A DNA stretch of 63,724 bases, counting the filler, from Phoronis australis (lineage: Eukaryota > Animalia > Phoronida), in NCBI GenBank assembly GCA_002633005.1. It is 7 parts of 7 records of this genome, joined end to end, with 100 filler letters (N's around TTAATTAATTAA, not from the genome) between each part and the next. Parts side by side here need not be neighbours in the genome. Positions count along the whole stretch, not along the records: positions 1 to 2,129 come from NMRA01003840.1; positions 2,230 to 6,748 come from NMRA01002567.1; positions 6,849 to 25,914 come from NMRA01000992.1; 4 more parts are not named here. The stretch is one strand, 5' to 3'. The notes beneath the pieces are model-generated. The model saw only the letters and a program-made list of their open reading frames with translations, had not been told where the DNA came from and did no database searches. The translations under genes were made by a program, and so were the position numbers. Positions within the stretch are counted from its first letter, which is position 1; the number at the start of each line of letters is the position of its first letter. Shown here in pieces: positions 1 to 12,530 of this stretch.

Positions 1-939
1 TTTTACGAGGTCGCCAAATAAAATATAAGGTCACATTAGTAACCAGCAAGCTATCGAAGTGAGCTCTGTTGTGTAAACCATCATTTCACAAAAATAAATT
101 GACTGTACAGCATAAGCATTTCAATTTATTGACGTTGACATAAAACAGACATTGTTTTCTAAGTGAAACTCCTTGCTTTAAGTCCGTTCTACGTGAGAAA
201 AAAACCTGTTTTTGTTCTGCAAATGCAATCAAAATGCAAAGATCAAAGAATTACTATATAGAATTCTAACCTTGTTTTCTGGTGTTACATTTTGCAACTG
301 GTTGAGCAATTTCAGCTTCATTGAGAAATGCAAAGCGATTAAGTTAGTCAACCCACCAACTAAATCAGCTGTTTATGTCATTTCAATGCTTTCAACATTA
401 TTATGCGACATAACAACATGAATGGAAGATGAAGTGTGCAGTAAGCAGACTAAAGCACCCCTCCCTCCAGTCGAAGTCAAAGTCCCTGAACCCTATAAGT
501 TCACCAACATAAAGCACAGGACAAACAGCACAAACTCTCCACGCCAAAACTCATCGGACAAGTGACTGAAGGGGGAGGTCTGAACCAATAACGACCTATC
601 AGTCCTTCTCAACTCACCAAATCATTTCTTATCTGAGTTTACAAGTAACAACACAAGATAACGTAAGTGGCCTGAATCGAGATGTTTTTTGAGTTAGGAG
701 GAGCAGGGATTTTTTGAAGGCTAAAGCTGCTATGCGAGACAGTATCATCCCATACAGATGTACCTCAAGGGAAGGGCACACACGTTTCTGTTACCAGAAC
801 ATTTTTCATTTTTACGTCATGGTACTGGCTTAACGTAGAAAATATATCTGAAACTAAATAAGGCGATCCAGATCCTCCCAAGGATACTATTGTTTCATGA
901 AATGAAGAATATAAATCGGTAAATAAAACAACAAAAACA

Positions 940-1390
940 ATGAAAGCGCTCCGAGGAGCGAACCTTGGCGAAATTAACCAAAAAGATGACGATAAAGATG
1001 ATGACGAAGATGACGAAGATAAGGGGGTTAACAGCTGAGAACATGTAATAATCTATTTATACCACATACTAAACGAGAAACATTGCAATGAAAGCGCTCC
1101 GAGGAGCGAACCTTGGCGAAATTAACCAAAAAGATGATGATAAAGATGATGACGAAGATGACGAATATGACGAAGATGGTGGCGAGGATGAACAAAAGAA
1201 GTTAATAACATACACATGACGAACGTAGGAGTCCGAAATCAGTAAAAAAAAGGCTAGTCTTGAGCGACACTTGGCGAAATTAAGGAAAAGACGGAGATGA
1301 TGAAGAAGATGATGACGATGATGACGAATATGATGATGTTGGTGGCGATAATGAATAACATCACAACATTCATATGACGAATTTAGATGT
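940..1390. repeat. Tandem ~150-170-bp repeat with GAY/GAR-rich microsatellite
   Basis: ATGAAAGCGCTCCGAGGAGCGAACCTTGGCGAAATTAACCAAAAAGATGA at 940 and 1088, a degenerate third unit near 1262, and a related sequence at ~11629-11740. Confidence 0.8.
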
Positions 1391-2129
1391 CATAAATCAT
1401 TAAGAAATAGGCTGCAGTCTAGTTCAATTGAAGCTAAACCAACCTGAATGCAGCAAGAGCGCTCAACAAAGGAACAGCGTTATCGGAAAATCTCAAATAA
1501 CTCGAAAAGTTGACGTCCTAGCGAAAAATGGAAAACATCTTCTGAAAGCCCGTTCAAAATTCTATCTAAACTGATGGTCTCGCTTAATTCCGTAAATTTT
1601 TCGAAAAAAATGAAATTTTGGGTTTTTTTTAAGAAATTCAAAGTCAAATAACTCGAAAACGGTAAGTCTGAGAAAAAAAATGTAACAGGCCATTTGAAAG
1701 AATACACTTCAAAGAATCCACATGCAAAAAATCACGTCTTTTTCTCTTCCCGTTTAAAATCGCACTCCAGCACGACTGAAAATGGGTCAACATGCGCCAG
1801 ATCCGCCATCTTGAGAGAAACTTCCGGTTTTTTCGGTTTATATAATAGCATGTCATAAAAAACTAATATCCGTAAAGTTTCAAAATAATTGGCCTTATAA
1901 TGCGCCCTCTACAGGAGAAAACGTTTTTAGGCCAAAATCGAGGTGCGCATGCGCGATCTCCGATATTTCCGCCATCTTTGACCGGAAGTGAACAATTTCC
2001 GGTATACCTGTAGCAAACATCCGGTACATTTACTGTGCCGATTCCTAGCTTTTTACGTAAAAAATTGTAGCCTCCAGAAGCCTTTGAATCTTAAAATGAA
2101 AACAAAATGGCCGCCACAGCCGCCATCTT

Positions 2130-2229
2130 NNNNNNNNNNNNNNNNNNNNNNNNNNNNNNNNNNNNNNNNNNNNTTAATTAATTAANNNNNNNNNNNNNNN
2201 NNNNNNNNNNNNNNNNNNNNNNNNNNNNN
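2130..2229. other. Artificial contig linker (N44-TTAATTAATTAA-N44); also at 6749-6848, 25915-26014, 28712-28811, 42057-42156 and 62405-62504
   Basis: The same 12-mer with stops in all six frames is centred in six 100-bp N blocks. Confidence 0.97.
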
Positions 2230-3760
2230 GAGGTTTCTAGTTATGCATATTTATTGTACTGAATACTTCTTAATAATCATTTAAAAACCAAACAAAAAAG
2301 TTTTCCCGTTTGTCCCTGGCCTGATTGTACGCCTACTGATTTATAGAGGGTGACCAGGTAATTGGGCGCAACCGCAGCTCATGGATTGTGGAGAGGGAAT
2401 ATGTCTTGTTTAAACTACCTCATTGTCGTTCTGTGTATCGGGTTCAGGGGTCTGCTTTGATGGCTCCCTCTTCTACGTCCCTGACTGTCAAATTCGGATA
2501 CGTGTGGTCAAAATAGCTTACAATAGACGTAATGTCTCCTATGTTGGGAATAACCGTTGAGAATTACCGTATTCATTAATTGGAAAATTTAGGCTTTTTA
2601 AAAAAAATTAAAAAGCTTAATAACGAGTCTGAATTAGCTGAGTGACAGATCTTTATGCGTGGTGGGAAGAAAAGGCTTGTCAGATTTTACGGTGAGCCTG
2701 ATATCATCAAAAAATACTTGCTGAACATAGAGTCACTTTATCTCTTAAAAGAAAATACATGTGCAGTCGGCTTTCTGGCCGAAAAACTTGTTTATGAAAA
2801 CCGTTGGGATTTCTTGAAATTATTAGGTTTTGTCAGAGCTACAAAAATAAACTCCATTCTAGTTGTGTGATTAAACTGCCAATTGCATTTCTCGTTGATG
2901 TCTCTCAGACATCTGCTGAGCCCGTTGGCGTTGCTATTTTGTCATTAAACTAGTGCCACTTCACTCAGCTTCAGTTAGCGATTTCTGAGACTCTGGGCAT
3001 TGCTCCATAGTGCAATGGATTAACCAGAGATATTCGTTCTGAAATAATGTCATGCCTTTAAATCCTGAAGTTACGCTGTCGGTCTTAACGCTCATAAACG
3101 CTTTCATTTTAACTTTTCTTGTGAATCCAAATTACCTGTGTCTTTAATTCCATATTCCGAAGTTAGCGAAACAATATGTATGTCTATTTCGACGATCTAT
3201 CGCTCAACATCTCCTTTTTCAGATATTGTAACGTGCCAAAGTATGACCAAATTTATGTGTTATAGTCTTGGGTAACTGTCATCAAAGAGAACCCTAGTGT
3301 CATCGATGTGCCGTCAAAATAAATAGGTTCGCCATCGATTTCAGCTTTGTTGTTTCTTGGTTTTGAACACAAAAGTATACATCATCACCTCACACAGAGT
3401 CTGCAGAGAGGTGGATTTGCGGAGACCATTGACCGAAATAAGAAGGAGGGGGATAAGAATAGATGTATGGGGTAAACCTGTGATAGTCGTTGATTTAGGG
3501 AGGGTGAAACATAACGCTGTTAATTGGTTGTGAAGACCTGCTCGACCTCGGTCCTTCAATGTACACTGTACTGTAAAATGAGTTTATCAAGAAAGAGGCC
3601 ACCGTCTACTTTGTCAATAGTGTTTGAAAGAGAAAGTGGTTGCTGGGTTTATTCCTTTGTCCAAATATTTGTTACTAGAGGAAATGGTTCAAAACGTTGC
3701 ATTGTGGGTATAGAGATATCATTCAGTAAACAAACAGACAGTATGTAACCGAAAGAGATG
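2230..3760 (-). mobile_element. Possible highly degraded LINE (APE endonuclease region)
   Basis: Only fragmentary motifs on the minus strand, such as VMFHPP near 3500 resembling YHPP, in roughly the expected order. Many stops and frameshifts. Confidence 0.25.
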
Positions 3761-5430
3761 GGGAATGAGGAGCGGTCACGGGACGGTTTTATAGTAATCG
3801 AGGTCAAATATTTTGCTACTTACGATAGCCAGGGGATCAAACAACTCTTAAAAATGAGTCAAAAGTTTTAGTATACAATGCAGCTGAAAAGAAAAAGGCG
3901 CTTGAATGCGCTTCATGAAGTATATGTACACGTTAACAGTACTCATTATGGAAGATAAAAAAACGTAACATGGAGAGTGACTAACAAAATTTAAACTGAA
4001 AGATAATAACAACAAACACTTCACGACTGACGGAAAATTGGGAAATAGATGATTTTACTTGACTGAAAACTCAGTCGATCATTCCCCTTCCTCAATTTTG
4101 ATTCTGGGATCAGCTAAGCTAAACTGGAAGGCAAAGCGGCTGCATCCCTAAGCACAGCTACTATTTACTAGAAGGCGATGCCACCAGCCAGTTTACAACG
4201 TTTGGGTACTTTTAATTAGAACACAGGGTGACAGTGGACAAGCAAGAATGAAAGCAGTGTTTCTGTAAATATTTTACACAAGAATAAAGTTCTTGAAAGC
4301 GAGCAACCTTAGTACTTGGAATCATCGAATGTCATTTTGGATAGTAATGGGGCATCCTTTCATAAGATAATTTTTGCAGAAGAAACGCAAAGCTTTGTTT
4401 TTTATGATACCTTTTAATACATTTGAAAGGTATCGCATTTTGTTAGTATTGGAAATTTGTGATATTAATTGTCATTTAAGGGGTTTTAACTCTGCAAAAT
4501 GTCTTGGAAATTTTGTGTAACGAAACTTGCAACAGTGATTCAATATAAGTCGACGGAACTGCACGGGGTGAAACGGAGCTCAAGACATAATGAGGCCGGG
4601 TCAGCTAGCTGCATGAAGACCATCGTCAAAATACAGCTAAGTCCCCGGATTTTCCAGAGATAAGCCCTCTGGTGTGTATTCGGAAAATGCAAGTTTTCAG
4701 AAGTTTTGGTAACACCAAACAAACGTTGGGGCATTTATACGAAAAAGGGGGCGTATAAAGGGGAAGTCATAGTTTTGCTGACTTTGACAATTTTTACATA
4801 AAACAGTGTTTTATATTTATAATTGCAAAGCTTGCCAACACCTTGATCGTTTTCGCAAATGATAAATGCTCCACAAAACTGAATTTGTGACAAAAAGATG
4901 ACTCTGAGTGGGCTTTTAAAAGGAATGATCCGAATAAACACCCCACTATCTGGACACTTGGCTTCATACATGTAACTTACAACACCAATTAAACGCCCAT
5001 GGGCGTTTATGCGGCATAATTTTCCTAATGAACGCCCATTTGCGTTTCATCTTGAGGGTTCGTCTACCACTGTAAGTTTAGCTTCGTTAGACTCTGAAAT
5101 TTTATACAGCTCGTGTAGTTCTGCTCGTCACGTAAGTCGTCGTGAAACTTACAATTAACATATAGAACGAATGATAAAAATAGAGTTTATTGGTTCAAAA
5201 CAGCTTTATGTAATCAAACATTGAAACAGAATGCACTTTCACGGCTTCTGAATAGTCAATTAGTTGTATTGCCTCTGAAGCCGGTTAACGCATACTGATT
5301 TACTAATTGTTGGTATCTCAAAGCATTTGCACTCACGAGCACTCCAAAGTCATTACAAATTGTCTACCGAGACAGTATTTCGAGACACTTTGCTTCAGCT
5401 GCATTAAACATTGTTTAGCATGAGAATAGA

Positions 5431-5688
5431 TCATTTTGAAAAAGAACAATGTCTGTCACAGACACGGAGAAATTTCACGGCCTCATACTTGGTATTAAGG
5501 ACGTGATGTTCACTCTTTTCTGTCATGAACCACTTCCGAAGCATTTCAGGTTTTCGAGAAAGTCGAAAAATTTGACACACTCGCTTTCCTCGCAGCTTCG
5601 TGGTACGTACAAGCGGGAGCGATACTCCACACCATAGCGACACGCACTCTTCTGAAGAACCACTGACGTCTCGGCGTCGTGTACTCAC
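5431..5688 (-). pseudogene. Degenerate THAP-domain remnant
   Basis: CVSLWC..IFRLSRKPEMLRKWF..FLRVCDRH retains C2CH spacing and the conserved W. Confidence 0.6.
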
Positions 5689-7377
5689 CTTCCTTGCAGT
5701 TTAACGCGACACCTCTCGGCAAGGTGAGATCGACCGTGTACGAGGTGATGTGGATATAGACCGATTAAGACGATAAAACGAAATAAATCGGGTATGATTC
5801 TCCTTTTACGAAACTAATTTTGAGTCAGTTTTATCTACATCGACGCAAAGCTATATATTTAGTATACAGTTTCGTACCAAAGCTACTCCACGATCTAATT
5901 ATCACCGACGAACTGCGCCACAGTCGCCGATGCTAAGCTTACTATATATAGGTTATCCCACATAGGAACATTGCTGCGATATCCCATCTCGAATTCATTT
6001 CATCTGGGAAAGTCCCCTTTCGTTCTCATTGGGACACCCCATTATTATTTCTATGTGTGGACAGTTAGACAACTGTGATTAAACACAACTTTTTCAGATT
6101 TTGCATTACCTCTACTTAAAAGTCTCATAATGCAAGGATGATTTAGAGAAGAGGTGATATAATTTTTAAAATGTCATTTATCCTACGGAATTCTCTTCAG
6201 TTTCAGCACACAAGGGTGAGCCTAGATTAAAAAAATACACTACTTTTGTCAACAATAAGTCCACTTAATCAGAAAAAATAAGGCAGAGGTCATTGGGTGC
6301 AAACCAAAATATTAAGTAGATACTTGAAATTTATATATGTGAACCACACACGTAATTCCTATCCCACATTATGTGCATTATCCTTCTAAAAATGAGACCT
6401 AATCATTCAACATGTATTCTGACGTTTCAAGAGTTACACAATTTGATTCTCAGCATTAACAAAACTCTCACGGACTTCACATTTATTTTGCAATTTTGCC
6501 TCATAATGCAACGGAGAACGGAGAGATACAACTAATAGAGAGGATATCCAACTTCATTCAATCTTTTATACATTTTTTGTTCAACTGTGCATTAGTTAAG
6601 CATCTGTGATTAAGCATGATCCACGTTTTATTTTCATGTATTTATGCTCGGATACAAAATGGCCACCGGAAATGTTTTAAACTTTCCAAACGATCTCACT
6701 CGCGCGGAATCATGACTGTCACTTCTTGGTACTAATTTTCCTAGTTCANNNNNNNNNNNNNNNNNNNNNNNNNNNNNNNNNNNNNNNNNNNNTTAATTAA
6801 TTAANNNNNNNNNNNNNNNNNNNNNNNNNNNNNNNNNNNNNNNNNNNNAGGGCAGATTCAGGATTTTGAGTTAGGGGGACCAGGGCAGGAATTTGCCTGC
6901 CTGACATTATCACTCCTGAACTGCCCAATGGAATCTGGGAGAATCTAAGGGAGGTCCGCCACTGGATATGCTAACTAAATTACGACAAAATCTTTAAAAA
7001 ATATTGCGCAAACCCTGATACTACAAAGCCAATTATCAAGAAAGACCACAGCGAAGCTTTAATTATAAAAACTGAAACTCCTGACATAAATTCCCAAGAT
7101 ACTGGTTTCCATCTCACCTTGTCGTTATATAAATAATGTCCATATGTTCTAACACCTATGTGTTTCATTAAAATTTTACAACGTTTTATAGTTCATTAAT
7201 GTCCATGACAATTCCTCCTGTAATTCCACTCTTACATACACGTACGCTACCTCATATTCGCGTTTAATGTCGTTGTTCTAGTTTCATGTATCACACACGA
7301 TAGCGTTTATGATTTTAAATTTATTTGCCTTGGATGACTGAAGTCTAGTCGTAGTACAGCAATTGTTTTACTATAAA

Positions 7378-7522
7378 ATGTTTTGCACAGTGTTTTATTC
7401 ATATATATATATATATATATGAATAAAATATATATATGTATATATGAATAAAACACTGTGCAAAACATATATTTATATATATATATATATGTGTGTGTAT
7501 ATATGAATAAAACACTGTGCAA

Positions 7523-7570
<48 letters not shown>
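7378..7570. repeat. (TA)n microsatellite interleaved with a ~25-bp unit in inverted and direct copies
   Basis: TGTTTTGCACAGTGTTTTATTCATA once and its reverse complement twice, separated by TA runs. Confidence 0.9.
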
Positions 7571-9681
7571 NCTGGGAATCAAGATATTATAGTTACACAA
7601 ATTTAAGTGGTGTACAGTATCTTTGATATGGGTGACGGGTGTGGTTAACAAAGTATGTGAATTTAGTCAATCTGCCGATCTTTTACTTGAAATGACTCAA
7701 ATGCACTTAATCACAAACACGTCAAGTAACAGTACAGTAAAAGGCACAACTGACGAAACGACGACGTGGAGTTCATTCCCTACATTTTCAATCAATGAGG
7801 ACACAAAACCAAACAGCCCTGATTCGCAAGTGAGCTCAGGTCAGACTTGCAAAGCTTTTCCACCAGTTTGAAAGAAAAAGAATGCCGAAATCGCTTGACA
7901 ACACGTTTCACTACGCCACAAGAAAATCAAGAGTGCAGCTTACACTTAAAAAGTTGACACGGATCAACTGAGACGAAACGAGTTATTCCAGAGTGTAAAC
8001 GAACTGACACGAGCAAATTGACACCGCGGTGACAAATTTTTGCCACCTGTTTATGAGGTAGAGCAATTTGCGCTCGAACATCTTGCACCGTGTCAAGTCT
8101 AAACGCGAAACTGGAGCAAGGCGGAAAGGATCATCTCTACTGCGCTTGTGCAATGACCTTCATACGGCGGGTTCTTTGTCTCTGCAACTCTCGTCATTTG
8201 TAAACCTGCGCATGTGCGATCCAGTCTCTCCAGCTGCAATTTCCGTCTTGCCACGGTTAGCGAGTTCTGTGTGTAAACGGCCGCTTGACACGGGTCAATT
8301 TCCTCCGTGTCAGTTGCGCCGGGCCAAAAGTTGATGTCTAAACGGGACTTAACGGGACTAAGGAAATATTGATAAGGTTACTGCACAGACTACCATCTAC
8401 GCACAGGCACTCTCATCGCCTTTTCTCTGACCGATTATGTAATCAAATAAATACCACTTGCCAGTAAAATAAAGACATGCATTTCAGGAAACGCACAGCA
8501 TGAAACGGCGAGGATTCAGTGGGGCTATGGAAAATGCTTTCTGACGCACCAGTTGTGGGTTCAGCTTACCGGTTTCAACGCACAAAAAAGAATAGACAAC
8601 TTGATATGTTTTCTGAGGCATACATTAGTGTAGGTCAAGATGTTCTGATCTAAGCGACGAGAGCGAACGACTTTGTTACGCGCGCGGTAGCTTATTCGCT
8701 GATGGTCAGTAGCCAGCACTCACTGGTCCCTTACGTGTCTAGCCAGCACCCAGGAAATCAGCGAGTAGCCAGCACGAAGGTATCACTTAATTTTGCTCGG
8801 GAATTTTTTTACACCGGCGTTTCTGATTGGATACTCGAATTTTCAGCAGGCAGCGCTTTACCCAAACAAACTGGCATGACTGACGGACTCAAACGTAAAC
8901 AACGTCAGAAATTTGTAACATGCACTACTGCGCATGCGCTAAATCTTGCCAGGAGTCCTCCATAAGAAATACACAAGAACAGGCTATAATCAGCAATTTA
9001 CAAGTGAGGGGAGATAACTACACAATTTGCCGATAGCCTGTGGCATAGAGTGTATGTTAAGACTTGTTACTGCCAAATATCAGCGTCATTGGTGAAAAAT
9101 TTTCCACGTCTGTTGAAGTTTGCCCCGTTGAGGCCTATGCTAACGATCGTCCGGAAGCCAATATTTGAGCGCATAGCTCATTTTGAAGTCAAGCTAGTGG
9201 CTGAATTCATGTTGCCATCGGATTTGCCGATAGCCTAGGTGACTACCAGGAGTACTCAGAGGTTGCTGGTCCAAATTTCATACTGTTTTTCGAAAAATTT
9301 TCCACGTCTCTTGTGTTCAGAAAATGGATCCACGTACAGTGCTGTGAGATGAAATGCTGCCGATCGCCTGGCTGTCTTGCAATGAAATTTGCACTCTGTA
9401 GATGAAAGACTAGCTCAGAATCGGTAAGAAACTGAAATGTTCATTTTTCATCCGGTATGAGTTTAGAAATACATTCGAAGTTTGAAAAAAGTCGGATTTT
9501 ATTCGGTTTTATTCAGATTTGGTCTGTGATCAGTAGTTGATACTATAGTTATCTTCAAAATGTTGTTCCGTTTTTTGTGATCCACAGTACGTTGTCCTTC
9601 ATCTTGATTCAATACTGTTACTTAGGAGTGCATTTCGCACACTAATTTGTATTGGCAAACATCTGAAGATTAATAAAAAGT

Positions 9682-9773
9682 CAGCCGCGTGTGCTTGCAT
9701 TGGATGCGGGCTGCAAAATTAAGCGTCTTTTATTAATTTTGCAGCCCGCATCCAATGCAAGCACACGCGGCTG
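9682..9773. repeat. Perfect 41-bp inverted repeat with 10-nt loop
   Basis: 9682-9722 (CAGCCGCGTG..GCAAAATTAA) is the exact reverse complement of 9733-9773. Confidence 0.95.
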
Positions 9774-12324
9774 GCTGGCTTTCAGTTCACTTTTGTTTTG
9801 GTTATGTGTATAAGTTAACAGAGAGTTGTGACCCCCAATGACCCAGCTATCACTGTCGTACTGTAGACTGTGGAATTCCAGAAATTCCAAATACTGTTAT
9901 TGTAAACTTGACTATGCTCTGCAGGCTACTGACTTCAGGCTCACGGTACTAACGCCCAAGCTTCCTGACCTTTAACCTAACTATGCGTTCTTATGATTGG
10001 TTAGGGACATGGCACTAAGCGTCACCTAGCGGATCAAGAATGTTACAAATTTCTGGCGTTGGTGTGGTCTGTTTTGGAAACAAATCGCTGCTCAGGAAAT
10101 GTGAATCCTAGAAATTGCGTTGCCGCCTTTTTGGAGTGCATCTTTCTAATGTCGATGACTTGTTTACGAAACTGACCTGTATTCATACAGTATGAAAAAC
10201 ACACGGCTTAAATCGGCCGGATATGCCTTTATTGTTGATGTATGTGCTTCCAGCACGCGGCTAAACTCGCTCCTCCCTGATCCCATGACTCTTTGTTTTC
10301 ACTCAGGCCTGATGCCGTCTGGAGGAGTTGTCTAAACAATGTATCTCACAGGCGAATTACGCCTTCAGGAGGGATAGAAGGCAAGAACTTATTGGATTAA
10401 GTTTAATTATATCTAGGGTATTCCCAGTTTTCTGTCCAATAAGGATTGAGACACTAGACACTGTATTAACTTGTTGTTTGCGAAGTTAATGCCTATCGGT
10501 TATTATTTCTGGATTTTAGAACCATTTCTTCACAAGCAAATTATCACTTCAAGTAAAAACCACGGAACGTGTGAACTTTGTAGTGGCCGTAGTGGCAACT
10601 TTTGAAAGGTTTTAGTGATGTTCCTGAAAAATATTTGTTTGATTTGAAGACTATAATGAAGCTAACTGCCCTGAATTGGAGCCTGATTGGCATTACATAA
10701 CACTGCTGTCACCACTTAATTGTCTTCTAAGGTGTTCATGTTTAGTTTATTTGAGCTAACCAGAAACAATAACATAATGTTCAATTACTGCTCTGTGACT
10801 GGCACTGTGCACATACTCTCTTGAAATTGCTGCCTTGATATCTAACAGTTCTTGAAGTTTTTATTATGGAGGATAGTGTGGATACTGATGACACTGGTCA
10901 CACTTAGATATCGACTTCAGTGATTATGGATATGATAGTGTGGAGACTGATGACACTGAGTGGTCAGATTTAGATACAAATTTCAATGATCTAGATTATG
11001 ATGGGGATATGCCACATGGAAAACTTTCTTGACACGTTTTCTAGGAATTTAAATGGGTTATTTGTAAACAAACAAATGTCTTTGTTTCTGGAAAACGAAA
11101 AGTGAAACTATTTGCTGAACCCTTTATCAATACTGAGCTTCAATAAATTTTATATCAACACGGAGCTCATATACTCAAGATGTGTTGCTGAAAATTTGAT
11201 AACTATATGTTTACTAATGACTGAGTGACGAGGTTTTAATTATGTTCAGTGCTTCTGACCTAGTTCTGAGTTAAATACCCTCCGACTTCAAGGGGGTAGA
11301 CATTGCACAGGTAAGCAAGGCCAGCTGTTCATACCATATGATGCTCAGAGTCGAATGAGTTTAACATAACTGCAGAAACGAAATAGTTGCTGTGACGCCA
11401 CTTGTATGACAAGGCTAAACATCGTTCACAGTCCGCAATCTTTTCATGGTGTTTTAAAGCTTACCAATGACTGCTGAGATTACATCAACCAATGCTAAAG
11501 CGCGTGTCACTGCGTGATACCTGTGTGCTGGCTAGGTACGTAGGGAACCAGCCAGGGTAGCTTATTAAATTGAGTACGGTGGTTTCCCAACGGGAGTGAA
11601 CAGTCGTAACGTAACGGGAAACAGAAGATATGAAAGCGCTCGGAGGTGAAATTGACTGAAATGATGATGATAACGATGTAACGGTTGTGGTGGCGATGAT
11701 GAGCATGATGATAGCAATCATATGACGAATGAAGATGGCAGAAATGGTTTACAGATCATGTAGCGCTTAAACACTGCAATCTAAAGTCACACGTATCAAA
11801 TATCGCAACATTAATGGGTAAGCTTGCATGTTATCTAAAACCTGGTTAGAAAATGTTGCCCTGGAACCAACGCAATGCCAATGCCAAGCAAGCGTTGCAC
11901 AAGAATGCAAAGTTTAAATGGTACACTCAACTTTATCGACATAAAAAGACTTAAAAGTACTCACACGTATACGAGATAAGGCTCACGAACACCAGTGCGA
12001 AAACGGTCTGCATTTTGATTGTTTAGAGAGAGGTAGCTGAGGCACACTATTTGCAGTGACGACGTCCACGCAGTGAGAGAAGAAAGGCCACGCCTTGGTA
12101 GAAGATTTCTGCGCATGCCCGGATGAATACAGGGTGTGTAAACTCTTAGCCTCTTTGCAACCGCCTGTACGCGATCATTTGGAAACGTCGCTTGAGTTGA
12201 CTGGCCGGATTGTTGTTACACCATGAGAACCCTTTGAACGAACGTATCCCTGCTTTCTCATTAGAAAAATGGCTGCAACGCATTCGTTCTTTTTTCCTTT
12301 GCTCTGCCAAACAAATTAATCAAA

Positions 12325-12530
12325 AACATAGCTTCACACCAAAACAACAGTACTGCTTTTCAAAACAAATAATAGGACGGTGTGAATCTGTTGCACAGGG
12401 CAGTTCTTGTTTGAATGAGAAAAGCCCAACAGTAATGACCTTTTCCGACTTCAGCCGAGTCAATTCTGAGAGGCATATGTGCTTACATAACTGTCTGATG
12501 TCAGTTCAGGAAGACAGCTGTGTATTGCAG
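12325..12530. repeat. Dispersed repeat, homologous to ~14975-15180
   Basis: Shared blocks TTCACACCAAAACAAC..CTGCTTTTCAA and AGTAATGACCTT[TC]TCCGACTTCAGCCGAGTCAATTCTGA (12431 and 15086). Confidence 0.75.

Noticed and set aside
940-1360. Asp-rich biomineralisation-type protein
   Set aside because: GAY runs are short, interrupted by stops, lack splice signals and belong to a tandem/dispersed repeat.
2174-2185. TTAATTAATTAA as a recurring biological motif (piggyBac site or regulatory element)
   Set aside because: Always centred in 100-bp N blocks; it is an assembly linker.
7307-7651. YIYIYI-rich ORF
   Set aside because: Translation of a (TA)n microsatellite.
7930-8351. Harbinger-like MITE with TTGACACG subrepeats
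   Set aside because: Internal inverted motifs are visible, but I could not define a matching left terminus or TSD.
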